Assembly: GCF_002571385.2 (NCBI RefSeq) | Contig: NW_019217860.1 | Span: 700,856-764,855, forward strand | Length of the DNA: 64,000 bases | Direction: 5' to 3' | Source: Stylophora pistillata | Lineage: Eukaryota | In this document: positions 59,501-64,000 of the stretch, piece by piece | Layout of the letters: the number at the start of each line of letters is the position of its first letter | How positions within the stretch are numbered: the first letter of the stretch is position 1 | The notes under the pieces: generated by a model | What the model saw: only the letters and a program-made list of their open reading frames with translations | Databases searched by the model: none | What the model was told of the DNA's origin: nothing | Translations under genes and position numbers: made by a program

Positions 59501-62500
59501 CTCGATGAAAGGTTCTGTAGTATTCCAAAATATTTTACATTAAAAAAGGCATTTAAATCCGGCAACGAATTGAAACTTTCCTACCGTGTTATGTTCAAGG
59601 AAATAATATTTTGCCTTTTTTACATAAAAATTGATACTTTTGTTCGATAACGTAAAAGGCTTGTATAACGCAACTGAAATCCTTATTCTCATAGAGCGTG
59701 CCTCTAAAGCAACCAACTTCTACATTTCCCGCGCATCTGGGAATGACAGTTGGTCATGCGTTCAAACAAAACCGTGTAAAACCATCTGGCAGGCAGTATC
59801 CTTGGCTTCAGATGGGGACATTATTTACCTGGATGGCACCAAAACTGACCAAGACCCTTTTAACTGTCAGTCAGCACAGAATCCGGGATTAAATATCAAT
59901 ACAAGTCTCGCCTTGATTGGAACTGGTCCCATGCCTCCTCAGATAAGATGTTCTGAAAAGGCACGTTTGTCTTTCGATGGTTCCAGAAATGTCCAGGGCA
60001 CGAATGTTACACTATCAGGGCTAATTGTAAAGGAAAGCTTGGTTTTCTTTCAAGATACATCTGTCAACATCTTTGGCTGCATTTTTCTCCATAGTAAACA
60101 AGGCGTGCAGTTTGTTATAAGAAGAAAAGTGTTGTCTGATTTTTTAATTACAAGTTCAGTGTTTGACAGAAACAAAGAATGTATATCCGTTTTCATCAAC
60201 ACCGCGGGAATTGATTCATCGATTATCCAACTGAACTTCACCGTCAAAAATTCTTCAATGTCTGGTAACACCATTGCAGATGGCGGGAATGTCCTAACCT
60301 TCACAGAATCACTTGATAATAACCAGACTGTGAACTGTTTTATCACTATGAAAGGTGTAACTTTGTTTGAAAACAGGTTCAGTACAAGAGGTCTCTTTTT
60401 TCTCCATTTAAAGAATGGCAACCTGAGCTTTGAATTGCATGAGGTGAGATCTTTTAATAACCGGCCACCATCACCGAATTTTAGTGCACTGAAAGACCAT
60501 CTAGGAGACAGTGAGTTCTTCATTAACTCCGTCAATGTTGCTATTGTCGTCGATGCAAGCAACTTCACCAGTAAACACGCAAGGGCATTCTGTTCAACTT
60601 CTTCTAACATTTCGCTGCAGGTCCATAACTCATCCTTCACTGGTCATCACGTCAAAGGAAATGGAGGTGTCGTATATCTCAAGGGATCCCATGAATGTAA
60701 ACTGAACATATCAAATTCATCATTTCTTAACACAACCGTTGACAATTACGACCGGACCGGCGGTGGTGGAGCAATCTTTACTGAATGTGTAAACGTCAGG
60801 TGTACTTTGAAAGACAGCACTTTTGTAGGTAACAAGGCGGTGCACAATGGAGGGGCAGCAATAAATCTTTGTTTTGTCTCCTCTGGCCCATACAATGATA
60901 CAAGAAGGAAAACACTTAATCTGTCTCTTCTTATTGAGAAAGTACTGTTTAGAGGATGTAGGGGGTTTGCATCTGGATCCTTACAGATCTTGTACGGAGG
61001 AAGAAATCTTAACGTTTTTAATGGTGTCATTAATATACGTAATAGTCGTTTTAGTCATAATTCTGCAAAAACTGGGGGAGCTATTAGTGTCTTTCCATGG
61101 ACGTATGTGTGGCCTCGAATGTGTAGCAACTTTACTCTTGCCATAGAGCGTTCAAACTTTGATAACAACACTGCTGTTATGCTTGGTGGTGCTCTTTACT
61201 TTGAAGATATGTCAAATAATACTAGCAGCTTTGTTTTAGACAAAGTAATCATGGAATCTAATAGAGTGACTTTTCCATCCTCCGGAGTATTGGAACTGAG
61301 ATCTACCTCTTCCGTCAAAGTGCTGAACTCTTCTTTTTTAACAAACGAAGCTCATTCTCCCGCTGGTGCTTTTTCCCTATATAGAGTTGACATCATTGAA
61401 ATTACAGATTCTCTTTTCGTTAGCAATTTTGCCAAATGGAGATCAGGAGGAGCCTTATCTATAACGGAGGTCTTGAATATAACCATCAAGAACACAATAT
61501 TTGAAAGAAATTTTGCTATTTATGCTGGTGGTGCTCTATTTTTAGACACAGCTCTGATTGGAGCAAACGTTTTGATTATAAATTGTTCCTTCGTGGATAA
61601 TTTGGCATTGAGTAACGGTGGTCACACATTTATTTATTCAATGCAACCATCCTTGAGCGTCCTAATACAGAATAGTGTTTTCACTCAAACCAAGAATAGG
61701 TTACAATTATCGGATGGAAAGGTTTACTCTGTCAATTTTTCTTCAACCGATATTGCCGTTTCCAATGCAGCAACAGTGGTAATTTCCAACACAACCGTGA
61801 AATCCAGGGCATATAGTCGTCACAAAGTCTTGATGGTGGTGAGCAACAGCAAGAAATTAGAACTTGGAAACGGCAGTTTAACGACAAACTTCATTTGTCC
61901 AGTTGGGAGCATAATGGACATTTTGTGTATCTCTAAATTGCCTAACGGAGAAAACGGAGTCGACTTTCTTCAATTTAAGTGCTCGGCATGTGAGGGAAAT
62001 TCCTATAGTCTGCAACGTGGTCGATCCAAAGGAACCCAGTTGGTGTCACGAGTCCTGTGTCACCCTTGTCCATTTGGTGCAAACTGCTCTCAGAATATAG
62101 TCGCCAAACGTGACTTTTGGGGTTTCAGAGAGCAACAAAACCCCTCGCAGCTAAGGCTCGCCACGTGTCCTATGGGATATTGTAGCCAACCAACGGAAGC
62201 AGACTTTCCTGAATATAACAGCTGCCAAGTAAACCGGTCTGGCCAATTGTGTGGAAAGTGTAATTATACGGAATTATACGGCAATTATACGGAGTCACTT
62301 TACTCTACAGAGTGTATACCATCACATTGGTGTAACGATTACTGGTTCTGGCCTGTGGCATTGATTTATGGCTCTCTCATGGCATTGTACCTAACATTTA
62401 GACCTCCTGTGGTACCTTGGATCAAGCGTCAAATCCTTTGGTTTAGGCAGAGTGAACAAGTGGACGAAGAGGTCAGTTTCAACAAAGGATATTTGAAGAT

Positions 62501-63686
62501 TCTCTTCTACTTTTATCAGGCTGCAAACCTTTTCCTGATCTCTGGCTCAGCCCAGCTGCTAATCAAAGATAGAATTGTTGAGCCAATCGTGGGAATCTTC
62601 AACTTTAAATCAAGTTCCTTGGGAGCATCCATTTGTCCCTTTCCTGGCCTCACTCCAACAACCAAGAGGTTATTCTTAGCATCTCACGTTCTTTGCATGT
62701 TGTTGTTAATTTGCACTTTATACGCTATACTTTGCGGTGTTCAAAGGTTTCGTGGCCGAGGCAGTCTAGCACCTGGTCCTTACCTAGGTGGGATATTACA
62801 AATCACTTTGCTAGGATACACAACCTTAGCCTCCACAAGCTTCAGTCTGTTGCGCTGTGTTGATTTTAACGGGGAGAGGCGCTTGTTTTTTGATGGTACC
62901 ATTGTTTGTTTTCAGTGGTGGCAGTACATTTTGATTGGATTTGCTTGTGGTTACGTCGTCCCCTTTGTGTTCGTCCTACTCTGGGGTTCCAACAAGCTTT
63001 ACGGTGGTACCCTCTCTGTTACTGAGTTCCTATTGGCTTGTTTTTTGCCACTGCCATAACTGATCTACTGGTTTGCTTTGTTTTTTAACGTTAAAATTAA
63101 AAGAGCAGTCTCAGAAAACGCACCTCCAAGCCAAGATTCGAGAAGGCATTTGGAAATGGTTCTTTATGACTGCTTTAAAAGGCCTGAAGAAGGAAGTAAC
63201 CTTTCCCTCTGTTGGGAAAGTGTCATGATAGCCCGTCGACTAGTTCTTGCTGCACTGCAGTCACTTGTCAGCGACCCATTACCTCGTATCGTCATCATGA
63301 ATCTGCTTAGTGTTTTATTTCTTGCTCACCACATCTTTTCTTTGCCATTTCGTGACGTTACTCCCAACATTATTGAGACCATCTCATTGGCGTTCATTGT
63401 CGTTTTGGGATCTGTGAACGTGTACTTTGCTTCGTTCGTGTCTCTTGGTGTTTCAATCGACGACACGCACTTCAGCTATTCGTGGTTTGTCTTGCAAGTA
63501 GCAGAACTCATTATTCTCTGCTTGGTACCTGCATGTTTTTTCCTTCTTGTTGTCTTAGCGGTTGTTTCTCAGTTTTGTCGGGTCATTGTTGTGGATTTTC
63601 GTAATTTCTTCAAAGTCTTGAACTCCTTTTGTGCATGGACAAACCAGACAGAAGAAAGGATACCGCTTGTGGCCGTTGCAAGTTAA
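56583..63686 (+). pseudogene. Pmp-like beta-helix multi-pass membrane protein, paralog 2, with in-frame TAA at 63057-63059; exons 56583-56640 and 59695-63686
   Basis: Signal exon MTPIIRRIFLYFLLCIITK|gt is homologous to that of paralog 1. ORFs 59631-63059 and 63078-63686 are in the same frame and collinear with paralog 1 across the stop. Confidence 0.82.
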
Positions 63687-64000
63687 GCTCACTTAAAGCG
63701 CGATAAATGTCTGTTGTGGATGTGGATTGAAACTCTTCTAAAGTTCCCTTTTAGCAAGATATCAGCATGCCACTAAGTTAAACTTTGAACTTAAGATTCG
63801 ATGGGAAAACCCCCTGCTTTTGCCTAGAAGCAAATCTTCGCCCTCCCGATTTTAAAGCCACGTGTATAAAATCCTAGAGGGAGGAAACTCTTTTCTTGAA
63901 CTTAAATTTTACTAGAATTGGTGTTAGCTCTTTGGAATACAGAAACGCCATTCTTGCCATAACCTGAGAAAGTTGGTACACGTTCTTAGACAGAAGCAGT

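Noticed and set aside
51471-61030. Antisense ORFs over the beta-helix genes (and similar ones over the CHAT genes)
   Set aside because: These are shadow frames of real CDSs. Their recurrence reflects the paralogy of the sense genes.

Overview
This is eukaryotic genomic DNA, most likely from a stony coral or other anthozoan (inferred from the GT-AG multi-exon genes, the repeat families and the gene content). There is one N gap at 7484-7962. From left to right: (1) 1-19.6 kb is a tandem-duplication array of TPR + CHAT (caspase/separase-fold protease) genes with uninterrupted coding regions on the minus strand. It has one intact copy, two frameshifted copies and one N-terminal fragment, plus the 3' flank of a probable further, inverted copy just outside the window. 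The TPR halves are highly divergent, while the protease halves and 3' flanks are nearly homogenised. (2) CRYL1 (minus strand, 7 coding exons). One intron holds a perfect 391-bp palindrome carrying Penelope-type minimal hammerhead ribozymes, and another holds an RTE LINE fragment. (3) A divergently oriented A20/TNFAIP3-like OTU deubiquitinase with nine Cys4 fingers and tandem NF-kB-type sites upstream. (4) RPL24, with an intronic U34-like C/D snoRNA and nested transposons, head-to-head with CCDC28. (5) AMPK beta (PRKAB). (6) Two tandem genes for receptor-like proteins with a Pmp-like beta-helix, a Cys-rich region and multiple transmembrane segments; the second has an in-frame stop. All calls were made by eye from the sequence and no database searches were run.
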